A DNA stretch of 60,059 nucleotides from an uncultured Candidatus Saccharibacteria bacterium (GTDB lineage Bacteria > Patescibacteriota > Minisyncoccia > Phycocordibacterales > DATGWK01): contig CAYMIB010000001.1 of assembly GCA_964390475.1 (NCBI GenBank), positions 1-60,059 of the forward strand, read 5' to 3'. Position 1 is the first letter of the stretch. Every line of letters starts with the position of its first letter. Positions 1 through 9,013 of this stretch are shown here, in pieces. The translations under genes were made by a program, and so were the position numbers. Below the pieces are notes generated by a model. That model saw nothing but the letters and a program-made list of their open reading frames with translations, was not told the DNA's origin and ran no database searches.

Positions 1-694
1 GATATACAGCATGAAATAGTGTTACTCCTTCGAGGCTATCAATTTTCTCGTTTTCTTTTGGACCGATTAACATGTATTTTTCTTTAGGAAAAATAAAAAG
101 TTCTCCATTTTTAAAATATTCAGTAAGAGCAATAGCAAGCGCTCCTTGTTCGTCGTGATGTGTTTGCTCCCCAGGGTGAATATTATTCTTCCACCAACTG
201 AACTCTCGTTCAAGTTCCAAGGAAATGCTGTAACCGGCCTTTTGTACAAACAAACCAGCATTTACAAATGGTGTATCTTTTGTGGCTTTTTTTTGCATCG
301 CGCCATGTTGCCATGATTGACCAAGAAATTCATCCATGATCGCAAATTTAATTTTCGGATTTTTTAACATCTCCCCAAGCTCTATCGGATATTTGAGTAA
401 AAATACGTCAGAATCAACGTAGATTTCTGTTTCATCTAGTTCAAGTTTTACTCTTGGACACCATTTTTTCCATGTTGCCTTTGATTCAATATCAAAAATA
501 CTTTTACCATTCTCATTAAAATAAATGACCTTGGCAATGTTTCCTATTTTATCCCTCAAAAATTCTACCTCGTCAGTGAAAACAATATATCGGTTATTTT
601 CACCAAACCGCGACTTAAATGACAATATGCTGTACCTGAGTAGTTCTACACTCTCAGTTTTGTGTAGTCCCCACAGTGACCATCTAAATATCAT
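1..694 (-). CDS. Edge-truncated glycosyltransferase-like protein (nucleotide-diphospho-sugar transferase, DxD-type)
   Basis: Not in the ORF track because it runs off the window. The reverse complement from the ATG at 694 reads uninterrupted to position 1 (MIFRWSLWGLHKTESVELLRYS...IYVDSDVFLLKYP...NAGLFVQKAG...). It has a DSD motif and a GT8-like flavour, and lies next to two more GT genes. Confidence 0.5.
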   Translation of the reverse strand, partial: MIFRWSLWGLHKTESVELLRYSILSFKSRFGENNRYIVFTDEVEFLRDKIGNIAKVIYFNENGKSIFDIESKATWKKWCPRVKLELDETEIYVDSDVFLLKYPIELGEMLKNPKIKFAIMDEFLGQSWQHGAMQKKATKDTPFVNAGLFVQKAGYSISLELEREFSWWKNNIHPGEQTHHDEQGALAIALTEYFKNGELFIFPKEKYMLIGPKENEKIDSLEGVTLFHAVY

Positions 695-747
695 ATCGTT
701 TGTATCTCATTAGTATGCTCTAGTAGTAGGACACAGGGGTTGATCGA

Positions 748-1602
748 TTAAATTTTACTTAGACCTGAACTTTTAAAAATTAGGTCCTCAACCGCCTGAT
801 CAGTTCCTATTGTCTTGGGGTGTGAAAAATTAGCAAAATCTATTTTTTTTGTTTTAATAAAAAGTTGATCCTCGTTCATTTCATGAACACCCACCAAACC
901 AATGTTGCTAATCAAATTATATTTAGGCAACACGGCATACCCATTGTTTAGAAGACATGTATATGTCCACTGAATTGACCATACAGATGAGACCTTTCCG
1001 TATACCTGGTCAATCATTTTCTCAACAAACATTCTATTTTCAATATTAGTAGGGAATACTTTTTCCAGCAAGCGTTCCTTTTTAAGGCGGGGCCATTCAG
1101 TTACGTTTACATCATACTTACTCCACGCTCTTTTCCAGGTTGCCCATCCCCAGATATGATAAAAGCGGGAGAAAAAATAATCATAGTCTGATGTTATTGA
1201 GGTTGCAGGATTTGAACCAGATATCATCATAATCTCATTTTTATTTCTGAATTTCTTAAGTAACTTTTCACAATATTCAAAAAAAGATTCATTTGGAAGA
1301 CAATCATCTTCCAGAATTATTCCTTCCTCTACATTTTCGAAAAACCAATTTGGTCCTTTAATTACACCAAGTCTGCAACCAAGATTTTCATTTCCAACCA
1401 TTGTTTTGGTTTCACAGGGCCAATCTATGCGCTCAACAATTTTTCTAGTTTCATTACACATTTCATCATCTCCCTCTTTGTCCATTTTGGGTCCATCTGC
1501 GGAAATAAAAAGCTTTTTAGGTCGAGCTCTTCTTATAGCCTCGAACACCTTCTTTGTATATTCTGGCCTGTTGTATATCAAAAATAAAATTGGAGTTTCC
1601 AT
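748..1602 (-). CDS. GT-A type glycosyltransferase (GNT-I/HlpA-like nucleotide-diphospho-sugar transferase)
   Basis: 284-aa ORF. The N-terminus ILFLIYNRPEYTKKVFEAIRRARPKKLFISADGPK and the EDD motif are typical of this family. Very AT-rich. Confidence 0.6.
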   Translation of the reverse strand: METPILFLIYNRPEYTKKVFEAIRRARPKKLFISADGPKMDKEGDDEMCNETRKIVERIDWPCETKTMVGNENLGCRLGVIKGPNWFFENVEEGIILEDDCLPNESFFEYCEKLLKKFRNKNEIMMISGSNPATSITSDYDYFFSRFYHIWGWATWKRAWSKYDVNVTEWPRLKKERLLEKVFPTNIENRMFVEKMIDQVYGKVSSVWSIQWTYTCLLNNGYAVLPKYNLISNIGLVGVHEMNEDQLFIKTKKIDFANFSHPKTIGTDQAVEDLIFKSSGLSKI

Positions 1603-1621
1603 TTATTAAAATGCTAATTAT

Positions 1622-2911
1622 TTATATAATATTTTTCCGCATATTATTTTTAAGAAAAATCTCAAGTATTTTTGGAAAATCAAAAAACTTAATGGTTGTT
1701 TCATTTCTTGCAATAATCTCCTTTCTTAACAAACTATCCATCTTAACGGCGCCAATAATTTTAGATGCAAATAAATGTGTGTCCCGAGGATCTACATAAA
1801 TTGATTCGTTTATGTCGAAAGCATCAACTGCACCGTCGACGTCGCTTATTATCGTTACAAAGTTCATATTTTTGGAAAAAAGTTTGGCCTCAATAGACGT
1901 GTGGGGGAACGGATCCATTAAAGATGGCACGCAGACTACTTCTGTGCTGTTTGTTCTTAAAATCGTCATCCAAACATTTGGATTAAAATCGTCAATGATT
2001 ATTACTCTAGGTATTTTTTTTAAAATTTCTTTTACTCCATTAAAATACTTTGTTTCGCCAGAATTATTGGGAATTTGTAAAATTAAATAATGATTCGGTA
2101 ATTTTTCAGCAACCTCAACCCAGGCAAGTGCTAATTCCTTAAACCCTTTTGCTATCGAACACCTACCCCACGCAAAAATTATTTTCTTGTCCTCAGAAAT
2201 TTTAATTCCAAATTTTTCCAAATCCCTATTACTAAACGTTACATCTAAAAATCCTTTGTACTTATCAAAGCATAAGCCATTTTGTAAGTAATCCTTTTCT
2301 GAAAAATGTATTCCGTAATCTTCGTGCATCCTTAGGGCAAATTTTTTGCCAAGTGAAATTACTTTTGAGTTTGGATCTTGTGTGATTTTATCAAAACAAA
2401 ATTGTTCCTCATCAATTCTTTTTTTTCTCCAATCCTCTAACCCAAATGCGTGATTTTTCCCCGTACTTAAGGGGAAGAAAAAACATTTTAAACCTCGGTC
2501 ACTAATCAGTTCTTTGTATTTAGCAAAAAACAAAAATGGTGTATCGCTTAAAATAATGTAATTCTCTTCATTGGAATCAAGCGTTAAATTAAGCGCTGTA
2601 ACCAAAGAAATACACAGATAATTCCACTCATCAAAACTTCTCCACATATCCCACTCACTTTCTCCTTTTGTGGAATTACATAAGGGAATCATTTTGCCAC
2701 CAGTTTTTGTTGTTAATTTTGTGGCCGCATCAAAGCATTGTTTGTTAAAAACTTTAGACGTTTGGTCTACATTTATGTATGCAATACTAATTTTAATATC
2801 TAAATTCCCCGAATCTAAAAGTGAGTTTATTATATTTTTTGAAATAGTTCCGACGCCAGAATAGTGGGTACCAACGCCGTCGTATGTGGCTATAATTAAG
2901 TGTTTTTTCAT
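1622..2911 (-). CDS. Putative GT-B fold glycosyltransferase
   Basis: 429-aa ORF in an AT-rich glycosyltransferase cluster. The N-terminus HLIIATYDGVGTHYSGVGT resembles GT-B enzymes. Family not confidently recognised. Confidence 0.35.
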   Translation of the reverse strand: MKKHLIIATYDGVGTHYSGVGTISKNIINSLLDSGNLDIKISIAYINVDQTSKVFNKQCFDAATKLTTKTGGKMIPLCNSTKGESEWDMWRSFDEWNYLCISLVTALNLTLDSNEENYIILSDTPFLFFAKYKELISDRGLKCFFFPLSTGKNHAFGLEDWRKKRIDEEQFCFDKITQDPNSKVISLGKKFALRMHEDYGIHFSEKDYLQNGLCFDKYKGFLDVTFSNRDLEKFGIKISEDKKIIFAWGRCSIAKGFKELALAWVEVAEKLPNHYLILQIPNNSGETKYFNGVKEILKKIPRVIIIDDFNPNVWMTILRTNSTEVVCVPSLMDPFPHTSIEAKLFSKNMNFVTIISDVDGAVDAFDINESIYVDPRDTHLFASKIIGAVKMDSLLRKEIIARNETTIKFFDFPKILEIFLKNNMRKNII

Positions 2912-2996
2912 GAATTACCGGGATACCTTTCTTGTCCATCCTAACCATTTAACTTTGGTAGTTAACAGGTTAGATAAATTCCCGTTTCTATTTTCT

Positions 2997-3032
2997 GCGG
3001 CGGACTGTTGAGGCTGTTAGAACTTATTATAT
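2997..3032 (+). repeat. Copy R1 of the ~40-bp intergenic repeat (GCGGCGGACTGTTGAGGCTGTTAGAACTTATTATAT)
   Basis: Direct sequence match to the copies at 3850, 4977, 6522 and 7872. Confidence 0.9.
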
Positions 3033-3081
3033 TAATTAAAAAAGCCGACATCGATATTATCGCATGCCAGCTTCTATTGCA

Positions 3082-3771
3082 TTATTTACGCAATACCTCA
3101 AAACCGTAAAACAGAATGTCGGGGTTTTCGTTGAGTGGTCGTTGCCCCATGAGCTCTGCGGTCCAGCCGTGCTCGTCGAGCATGGTTTGTATTGCGTCCA
3201 AAGGACCGAAATTTGCCTGAGCGAAGTAGATTCTCCCTCCCTTGGCTAGATGACCACCAACCCCGGCAAAGAACTCTTTGTGGACACGAAGTCCTTGGTC
3301 CCAAGTTGTACGTTCCGTCATTGTTCTGGTGGGCATGTCTCGGTATGGTGGGTTGAAAGTCACCACCTCGAATTGTGCCGCGGGATCGAGACCAGAAAAC
3401 ACATCCGAGACTAAGGCGTGATAATTGCGAACGTTGTGTTTTTTGGCATTAGAGTTGGCGCACTGGACCGACATTGGGTTGATGTCCAGTCCAGTTACAC
3501 CCCTTACTCCACGTTTCGCCGCGATAATGCCGACGACTCCACTGCCGCAACAAACATCTAGGACGCGGTCTCCCGGATTGACGACCATACCTTGGACAAG
3601 ACAGATCGAGTCCGGTCGGGGAGGAAAGACACCGGGTGACACCTCAAATTCTTCGTCGAAGTATTTCACGGTTCCACCTTGCATGAACTTCGTATGCAAA
3701 TCTTTCTGTAGTGTGGTTAGCTCCGCGGCTTCTTTTGGGGTCAGGTGCTTTTGCAGGCTCGAGATATTCAT
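3082..3771 (-). CDS. Class I SAM-dependent methyltransferase (MTS/PrmC-like, NPPY motif)
   Basis: 229 aa with VLDVCCGSGVVGIIAA (SAM motif I) and FNPPY. Visibly GC-richer than its neighbours. Confidence 0.7.
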   Translation of the reverse strand: MNISSLQKHLTPKEAAELTTLQKDLHTKFMQGGTVKYFDEEFEVSPGVFPPRPDSICLVQGMVVNPGDRVLDVCCGSGVVGIIAAKRGVRGVTGLDINPMSVQCANSNAKKHNVRNYHALVSDVFSGLDPAAQFEVVTFNPPYRDMPTRTMTERTTWDQGLRVHKEFFAGVGGHLAKGGRIYFAQANFGPLDAIQTMLDEHGWTAELMGQRPLNENPDILFYGFEVLRK

Positions 3772-3849
3772 TACAGTGCTCCTGTTTGTTTTTGACTATT
3801 CGCGCAAACGCCAACTTTAAATTACATCAAATTATTTTTTTGTCAACTT

Positions 3850-3912
3850 GGCGGAGAACTGTTGAGCCCTTCGCTTCACTCAGGATCTTCGAGCTGTTAG
3901 AACTTATTATAT
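3850..3912 (+). repeat. Copy R2 of the repeat, interrupted by an internal ~26-27 nt insertion (3867-3893)
   Basis: GGCGGAGAACTGTTGAG[cccttcgcttcactcaggatcttcgag]CTGTTAGAACTTATTATAT. Both halves match the consensus. Confidence 0.85.
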
Positions 3913-4950
3913 CGACCCTAACATCCAATTATCAACTTCCTTTCTTATCAGCTGACAATTTTGAGCAATGTTATCGTTTGAAAATATGAACGAGCCAAAA
4001 GCGATTCCAAAAGGGGATTCTCTCGGAATTTCTTTCAAAATCGATTTTATATTAGCGGGAGTTGCACCACCCACTATGATCGGAAGGGTTTTCTTTATTG
4101 GTAAATCTTTTGTAAATTCATGTATCATTTTGAGTTCGTCCTCTAAACTTAATCTGTAATAATCGCGTCCGCCAATAGGCATTACGTACGCATCACATCC
4201 AAAAAGGCGATGTAATTTAGCGACTAGTGCTGGAGATAAACTTTGCGAAAGAATACCCTGAAGAGCCATATGAGTGCAGAGAGGTGTCTTTGAAACTTTC
4301 TTTATTTGATTCAGCAAAGGAAAACCGATGGTCGATGCATTTATGAGGACCATGCTAATTTTTTCTGAATCGGGACCAGAAATCATCTCCATGTACTCTT
4401 TTTCTGAATCCAAGTTTACTGTTGGAATATAACCCTTCACATTTTTGGCTAATTCGATCCTGGCGTCTAGGGAAGAGTAGTCAAAATTTCCGAGCATTTC
4501 ATCATCTTTTACGGCATGAAACCCCGCCTCAAGAACCTCGTTGATTTTGTTTTTTAAATTAGATAACGGAGTATTTAACGAGGGCTTAATTATTCCCAAT
4601 AAAAGAGGATAGTTCTGTACATTAAATCTTTCCTTTATTTCTTCTGCACCAAAACTTGGCCCTGCAAATAAGGAGTAAATCTCCTTTGGTAATTCCAAGT
4701 CTAAAAAGGTTACTTTACCAAAGTCTTTCGCAAGCGAAATTTCTGCAAATAAAACAGAGATAAACTGTGTGACGGTACCATCAAATACGTTCAAGGGATA
4801 AAAAATGGAAAGGAGGAGCGTGTTCAAATCTACACTTTCTATTTCAAATCTACTACAAGGCAAATCAGAATTTTTCATCCAGTGCTGAATAAAACTTTCT
4901 ACCTTACTTTTTTCTGCATTCTCAAGTTTTAAGACAGATTTCAATTCCAT
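3907..4950 (-). CDS. Short RuBisCO large-subunit-like protein (RLP, form IV-like)
   Basis: GIIKPSL...HAVKDDEMLGN aligns to the RuBisCO KPKLG...KDDE active-site block. Start moved to M27 (4950) because the first 26 codons of the track ORF are just repeat R3. The stop codon lies inside repeat R2. Confidence 0.6.
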   Translation of the reverse strand: MELKSVLKLENAEKSKVESFIQHWMKNSDLPCSRFEIESVDLNTLLLSIFYPLNVFDGTVTQFISVLFAEISLAKDFGKVTFLDLELPKEIYSLFAGPSFGAEEIKERFNVQNYPLLLGIIKPSLNTPLSNLKNKINEVLEAGFHAVKDDEMLGNFDYSSLDARIELAKNVKGYIPTVNLDSEKEYMEMISGPDSEKISMVLINASTIGFPLLNQIKKVSKTPLCTHMALQGILSQSLSPALVAKLHRLFGCDAYVMPIGGRDYYRLSLEDELKMIHEFTKDLPIKKTLPIIVGGATPANIKSILKEIPRESPFGIAFGSFIFSNDNIAQNCQLIRKEVDNWMLGSI

Positions 4951-4976
4951 AGAATTCAACCTTTGTGCCCATACTA

Positions 4977-5017
4977 GCGGGGGACCGTTGAGGCTGTTAG
5001 AACGTATTATACAGAGC
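4977..5017 (+). repeat. Copy R3 of the repeat
   Basis: GCGGGGGACCGTTGAGGCTGTTAGAACGTATTATACAGAGC. Confidence 0.9.
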
Positions 5018-5075
5018 GTAATAAGCAAATCTATGCCCCAACGCTTACAAAAATCTAAGGGTGGGGTGAAACAGT

Positions 5076-5747
5076 ATGTATAGTGTAATATTAATATTCA
5101 TGAACTCAGATCAAGAAACAGACGACGTGTTAAACACGTACGAAAAAATTGCCGCAGACTATGCCACGACAGTGAAGTCTGATGTGCTGGACCATCGGTA
5201 TATTGAAAAATTTCTCCTTCTTTTTAAGCCTGGTCAAAAAATACTGGATATTGGGGTAGGAACAGGAACTTTGTCCGCCGAAATGAAAGAAAACCATGGA
5301 TTAGATGTCACCGCTATAGATTTTTCAAAAGAAATGCTCGACATTGCTCGAAAGAATCATGCGGACTTAAAAATACTTCGCATGGATTTGCGTGATCTTA
5401 ATTTTAAGGACGAATCTTTTGATGGTATCTTTGCAAACTATTCACTGATACATATCGTTGAAGGTGATGTTGCTGATTCAATAAAAGGCATGAATCGAGT
5501 CCTGAAGCCTGGTGGTTTACTATATTTGGCATTACAGGAGCCAATTACTCCAATGGATAAAGACGGTTATTATCCACTCGCCTATAGACCTGAGTTGAAA
5601 ATGTTTATCAATTTATTTACGGAAGATGAAATAAAAAATCATCTGGTAAAAACAGATTTTAAAATAGTCAGTATTGAAAGACGTGAGCCACAGAAGGAAA
5701 CCGAATTTCCTTTCTATAAGCTTTTCATAATTGCCGAAAAAATATAA
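5076..5747 (+). CDS. Class I SAM-dependent methyltransferase
   Basis: ILDIGVGTGTLS motif I and a Methyltransf_11/25-like layout. GGGTGGGG RBS 7 nt upstream. Confidence 0.7.
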   Translation: MYSVILIFMNSDQETDDVLNTYEKIAADYATTVKSDVLDHRYIEKFLLLFKPGQKILDIGVGTGTLSAEMKENHGLDVTAIDFSKEMLDIARKNHADLKILRMDLRDLNFKDESFDGIFANYSLIHIVEGDVADSIKGMNRVLKPGGLLYLALQEPITPMDKDGYYPLAYRPELKMFINLFTEDEIKNHLVKTDFKIVSIERREPQKETEFPFYKLFIIAEKI

Positions 5748-5778
5748 ACAAAGAGGCCCGCATCGTGTGACGCGGGCC

Positions 5779-6432
5779 TTAGGTTTGGTAGAGCCAGACA
5801 ATCGTTGTGATTATCCAGCTTGCTTCATTTGCGAACTCGCTTAGAGCGGAGCCCTTTCTGTTTCGGTCCCAGCCGGCTTCCTTGATGGAGAACCAGAGTT
5901 GACCAAGTCGAGAGAGGACTGAGACGTGACCGGCGATGATGGTTGTTGCCGCCAGCCCTGTGCCTCCAACGAAGAAAATGTTGACGGCGAGGGTCAGTTG
6001 CGGAACCCCCTTGAAGAAGACAGCAAGCCAGCCTTTGACCATCGGATCACTGATCGGCAGTTTCTTGTAGTGGGTGGTTAGGATGATGGCCACAATACCT
6101 GAGACCACTGCGATAGCTGTAGCGTTGTCGCGGCCGTTCCAGACCCAGTTGTTCTTGTAGAACATTGCTCCGAGATTGGCGCAGACCACGAGGGTCCAGC
6201 CAACGTAGCTCCACAAGGTCTGAATGGTCACTCTGCTCGGCTTGTTCTTGTGAGCATGGATGGCGAGTACAAGATTCAAGCAGAGGAAGATAAACCAACT
6301 CAGGTACCAGGTGATGCTTACTCCTGTAGAGGTCTGGAGAAGTCGAAGAAACTGACCGATTCCGAAAACGAGAATGCAAACGATTTGGACCCCAAAGAGC
6401 AGGTCCGCTGTCAGCTTTTTCTGCCAAGACAT
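5779..6432 (-). CDS. Multi-pass membrane protein (PQ-loop-like)
   Basis: 217 aa, about 6-7 hydrophobic helices, GGAGG RBS. TTGACT-16-TATTAT promoter at 6512-6517/6490-6495 on the minus strand. GC-rich. Confidence 0.4.
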   Translation of the reverse strand: MSWQKKLTADLLFGVQIVCILVFGIGQFLRLLQTSTGVSITWYLSWFIFLCLNLVLAIHAHKNKPSRVTIQTLWSYVGWTLVVCANLGAMFYKNNWVWNGRDNATAIAVVSGIVAIILTTHYKKLPISDPMVKGWLAVFFKGVPQLTLAVNIFFVGGTGLAATTIIAGHVSVLSRLGQLWFSIKEAGWDRNRKGSALSEFANEASWIITTIVWLYQT

Positions 6433-6521
6433 GCGAGCCTCCTTTGGTTTGGGATCCAGGGTTACAAGGTACGAAAAAACACCGTTATAATAATAGCATC
6501 AATATATAAAAAGTCAATAGT

Positions 6522-6562
6522 GCGGAGGACCGTTGAGGCTGTTAGAACTTATTATACAGAGC
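6522..6562 (+). repeat. Copy R4 of the repeat
   Basis: GCGGAGGACCGTTGAGGCTGTTAGAACTTATTATACAGAGC. Confidence 0.9.
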
Positions 6563-6720
6563 ATGGTGGTGAAATCTATGTACCTATTGCATAGTATTAT
6601 TTTATATGTTTTAATATGACCGGATCGAAAGCCACTTGTTGTGGTTTTGCTCATTGAAATCCTGGTCTGACTCCGCAAGGAGACTGGCTATCAACTCGAA
6701 CAAATCCGGAGAACTGACTC

Positions 6721-7797
6721 ATGAATACTCTCAGGACGATTGCAGACTACGAAAATGCTGCCCTGGGGAAACTTGGGGCGGGTCTCGCGGACTATGTCCA
6801 AAAGACGGCGGGTGAGGGACGGACGTTCCGTTCCAATCTCGGTGCGTACTCGCAGTACGGCCTCGTTGCCGGTTCGAGTTCCTCGGCGTTCAGAGTGCCG
6901 GCAACTAGCCTGAGGCTTATTGATAGAGGCATCATTTGGGCGCCGATCATGATCGCACCCACCGCTTGGCATGGCATGTTTACTCCGCGAGGAGAAGCGG
7001 CCACATCAGCGGCAGCAAGGATGTTTGGTACGAACTTCGTCATCTCTTCCTTTTCTACGCTCGACTTTCCTCAGATCGATTCCAGGCTCTCACATGCTTG
7101 GTACCAGCTCCTTATGTATAAGGATCTGGGTCTGATGAAGCGCTACATCGACAGGGCAATTGATGCCGGATGTTCAGCCATCGTCCTGACCGTGGACGCA
7201 GTGAACGGCTGCTCGATGTGCAAGACGGACCCAGCCATCCCTGTGGTGGAGTACCCGCTGCACAAGCTGCCGATCTTTCCTGAAGATCCGGCGGTTCCGT
7301 ACACGACCTTCGACGACTACTACGACAAGTACATGCCAAAGAAGCTTGATTGGGAGGATGTCCGAGAACTCGTGTCTTACACGAGAGTTTCGATGGTTCC
7401 GGTCGTCATCAAGGGAGTACTCACAGCAGAGGACGTTCTCAAAGCCGTCGAGGTTGGTGCGAAAGCCGTGATCATTTCAAATCACGGCGGACGACAGAAT
7501 GACGGGCTTCCGGCTACGCTGGAGGCTCTCGCACTGTTGCCAACCGATGTCAGGGACAGGATTGAGATCTACCTCGATGGTGGGATTCGCAGTGGGTCCG
7601 ATGTCTTCAAGGCGATTGCACTCGGTGCGAAAGCTGTGTTCATCGGTCGTCCTGCTCTCTACGGCCTCGCGGTCAACGGAGAGAAGGGGCTGACGAGCGT
7701 GCTCTTTATCCTCATTCAGGAACTGAGGGCATCTATGCGGCTCACGGGATGCAATTCACTCCAGGAAATTGGATCAGACAATGTAACGAAGGTCTAA
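6721..7797 (+). CDS. FMN-dependent alpha-hydroxy acid dehydrogenase/oxidase (glycolate/L-lactate oxidase family)
   Basis: 358 aa with the ISNHGGRQ, YLDGGIRSGSDVFKAIALGA and GRP motifs of the family. GC-rich. Confidence 0.8.
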   Translation: MNTLRTIADYENAALGKLGAGLADYVQKTAGEGRTFRSNLGAYSQYGLVAGSSSSAFRVPATSLRLIDRGIIWAPIMIAPTAWHGMFTPRGEAATSAAARMFGTNFVISSFSTLDFPQIDSRLSHAWYQLLMYKDLGLMKRYIDRAIDAGCSAIVLTVDAVNGCSMCKTDPAIPVVEYPLHKLPIFPEDPAVPYTTFDDYYDKYMPKKLDWEDVRELVSYTRVSMVPVVIKGVLTAEDVLKAVEVGAKAVIISNHGGRQNDGLPATLEALALLPTDVRDRIEIYLDGGIRSGSDVFKAIALGAKAVFIGRPALYGLAVNGEKGLTSVLFILIQELRASMRLTGCNSLQEIGSDNVTKV

Positions 7798-7825
7798 CGA
7801 TCTTCAATTTCGCAACAAACACTAA

Positions 7826-7860
7826 TGCACACTCGAAGGGGTGTGCATTTTTCTTTTTTT
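7826..7860 (+). terminator. Intrinsic terminator
   Basis: TGCACACtcgaaggGGTGTGCA hairpin followed by a T-run. Confidence 0.7.
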
Positions 7861-7871
7861 ATAAAACTTTT

Positions 7872-7908
7872 GGCGGAGGACCGTTGGGGCTGTTAGAAAG
7901 TATTATAC
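7872..7908 (+). repeat. Copy R5 of the repeat
   Basis: GGCGGAGGACCGTTGGGGCTGTTAGAAAGTATTATAC. Confidence 0.9.
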
Positions 7909-7965
7909 ATATTAGATGAAGAAAAAACCGACACACATTCGTGTGCCGGTTTGGGTGCCCATATT

Positions 7966-8832
7966 TTACAAAAGGTTCTCGGGTCGAACGACCAGTTGGA
8001 GTTTCGGCTCGTTCCCAAAGACACAGAAGCGAGTGATGTCCTCTTTCTTAACAACAACAGGACATCCGATGCCACCTTCTAGGGCCTCGTGTTTGAGCCA
8101 GCGATACATATCGACCATGAAAAGGTTGATTTCAAGCTCAAAGCCCTGGATGGTAGCGATCACAGCATAGTCTCTGGTCACCTCGTCCCACCTAAAGGCA
8201 GTGTAGAAGCCTTGGGAAAAAAGGTCTGTGAGAAGGTCGGGGTGAACGAGATGTAATCGATCGAAGGAGATGTGAATCTCTGTCGTCCGAAATTTTCTGC
8301 CGACGCTTGCCAGTGTGACTTTCTGGATATTTCTCACTGGACAGACTGTGGGAGAGCGTTCAGGTCTGAGAATGCCTCCAGGCATCTCGGCTCGGAAAGT
8401 TACACGCTCACCTTCTATGTACCCACTACTTGAAAGAGATTGCACCATTTCAACTCCGCGGCTGTAGAGGTCAAGAAATTCTTGGTACTTCTCTCCTGTA
8501 GAAATGCCGCCAAACTTTGCTGTGAGATGGGCAGTCGGTGCACCGAACAGCGATTGGTCTGAAAGAATGTTCGCCAACCTCTCATTGATCGGTTGGCCAC
8601 TCCGAGAAAACTGCTCCATCACTTCAGCGAAGCCGATTCTCTTGAAGTTCTGCCAGGTCAGCTTACCGCCTGTGGTCGCGACAAACCGGTCTACTGTTGC
8701 CAGGATGGAGTCATCGACCGTCTGAATGTCGAAGTGCAGATGGTCGTACACCCCATGGCTAGCCTCACTATTGCCCGCTGCAACAGAGATGCCGGTCGGG
8801 ATCGTCTTAGGAACAAAGATCTTATCACTCAT
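7966..8832 (-). CDS. Hypothetical protein
   Basis: 288-aa ORF, GC-rich, GGAGAA-type RBS (agggagaatccgATG). No family recognised. Confidence 0.5.
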   Translation of the reverse strand: MSDKIFVPKTIPTGISVAAGNSEASHGVYDHLHFDIQTVDDSILATVDRFVATTGGKLTWQNFKRIGFAEVMEQFSRSGQPINERLANILSDQSLFGAPTAHLTAKFGGISTGEKYQEFLDLYSRGVEMVQSLSSSGYIEGERVTFRAEMPGGILRPERSPTVCPVRNIQKVTLASVGRKFRTTEIHISFDRLHLVHPDLLTDLFSQGFYTAFRWDEVTRDYAVIATIQGFELEINLFMVDMYRWLKHEALEGGIGCPVVVKKEDITRFCVFGNEPKLQLVVRPENLL

Positions 8833-9013
8833 CGGATTCTCCCTTGTTGATTGTTTGTGAATCTTGCTCTATATTCGGGCACAATATTTTATTGTCAACA
8901 TAATTTGACGACAATATTTAATTATGTATACTTATGTAAATGATGGGCGACAGCAGGTACGGCGCCATTGAGCCAAACTTAGACCTGTTGTCATACATAA
9001 AAGACAAATCGAG

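Noticed and set aside
525-713. Track ORFs 67-261(-) and 525-713(+) as genes in the apparently empty first 750 bp
   Set aside because: A continuous minus-strand reading frame from 694 to the window edge encodes a glycosyltransferase-like protein. The short track ORFs are out-of-frame or antisense fragments of it.
7127-7160. CUGAUGA occurrences elsewhere as further hammerheads (7131, 33353 and 39618 on the plus strand; 16771, 18411, 45041 and 54011 on the minus strand)
   Set aside because: All lie inside well-supported CDSs. None has a stem II hairpin followed by GAAA, or a positioned UH cleavage site with helices I and III. They are chance heptamers.
2997-7908. Interpreting the 40-bp repeats as integron attC sites, or as a CRISPR array
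   Set aside because: The repeats have no internal inverted-repeat structure or R'/R'' core sites (GTTRRRY does not fit). The genes between them lie in both orientations and carry their own promoters, and no integrase is present. Spacing is 0.8-1.5 kb of coding sequence, not the 25-50 bp spacers of a CRISPR array.
8880-8935. Imperfect inverted repeat AATATTTTATTGTC...GACAATATTTAAT in the divergent region upstream of the TrmB-like gene, as a defined operator
   Set aside because: It is AT-rich, imperfect and overlaps likely promoter elements. There is not enough evidence to call a specific binding site.
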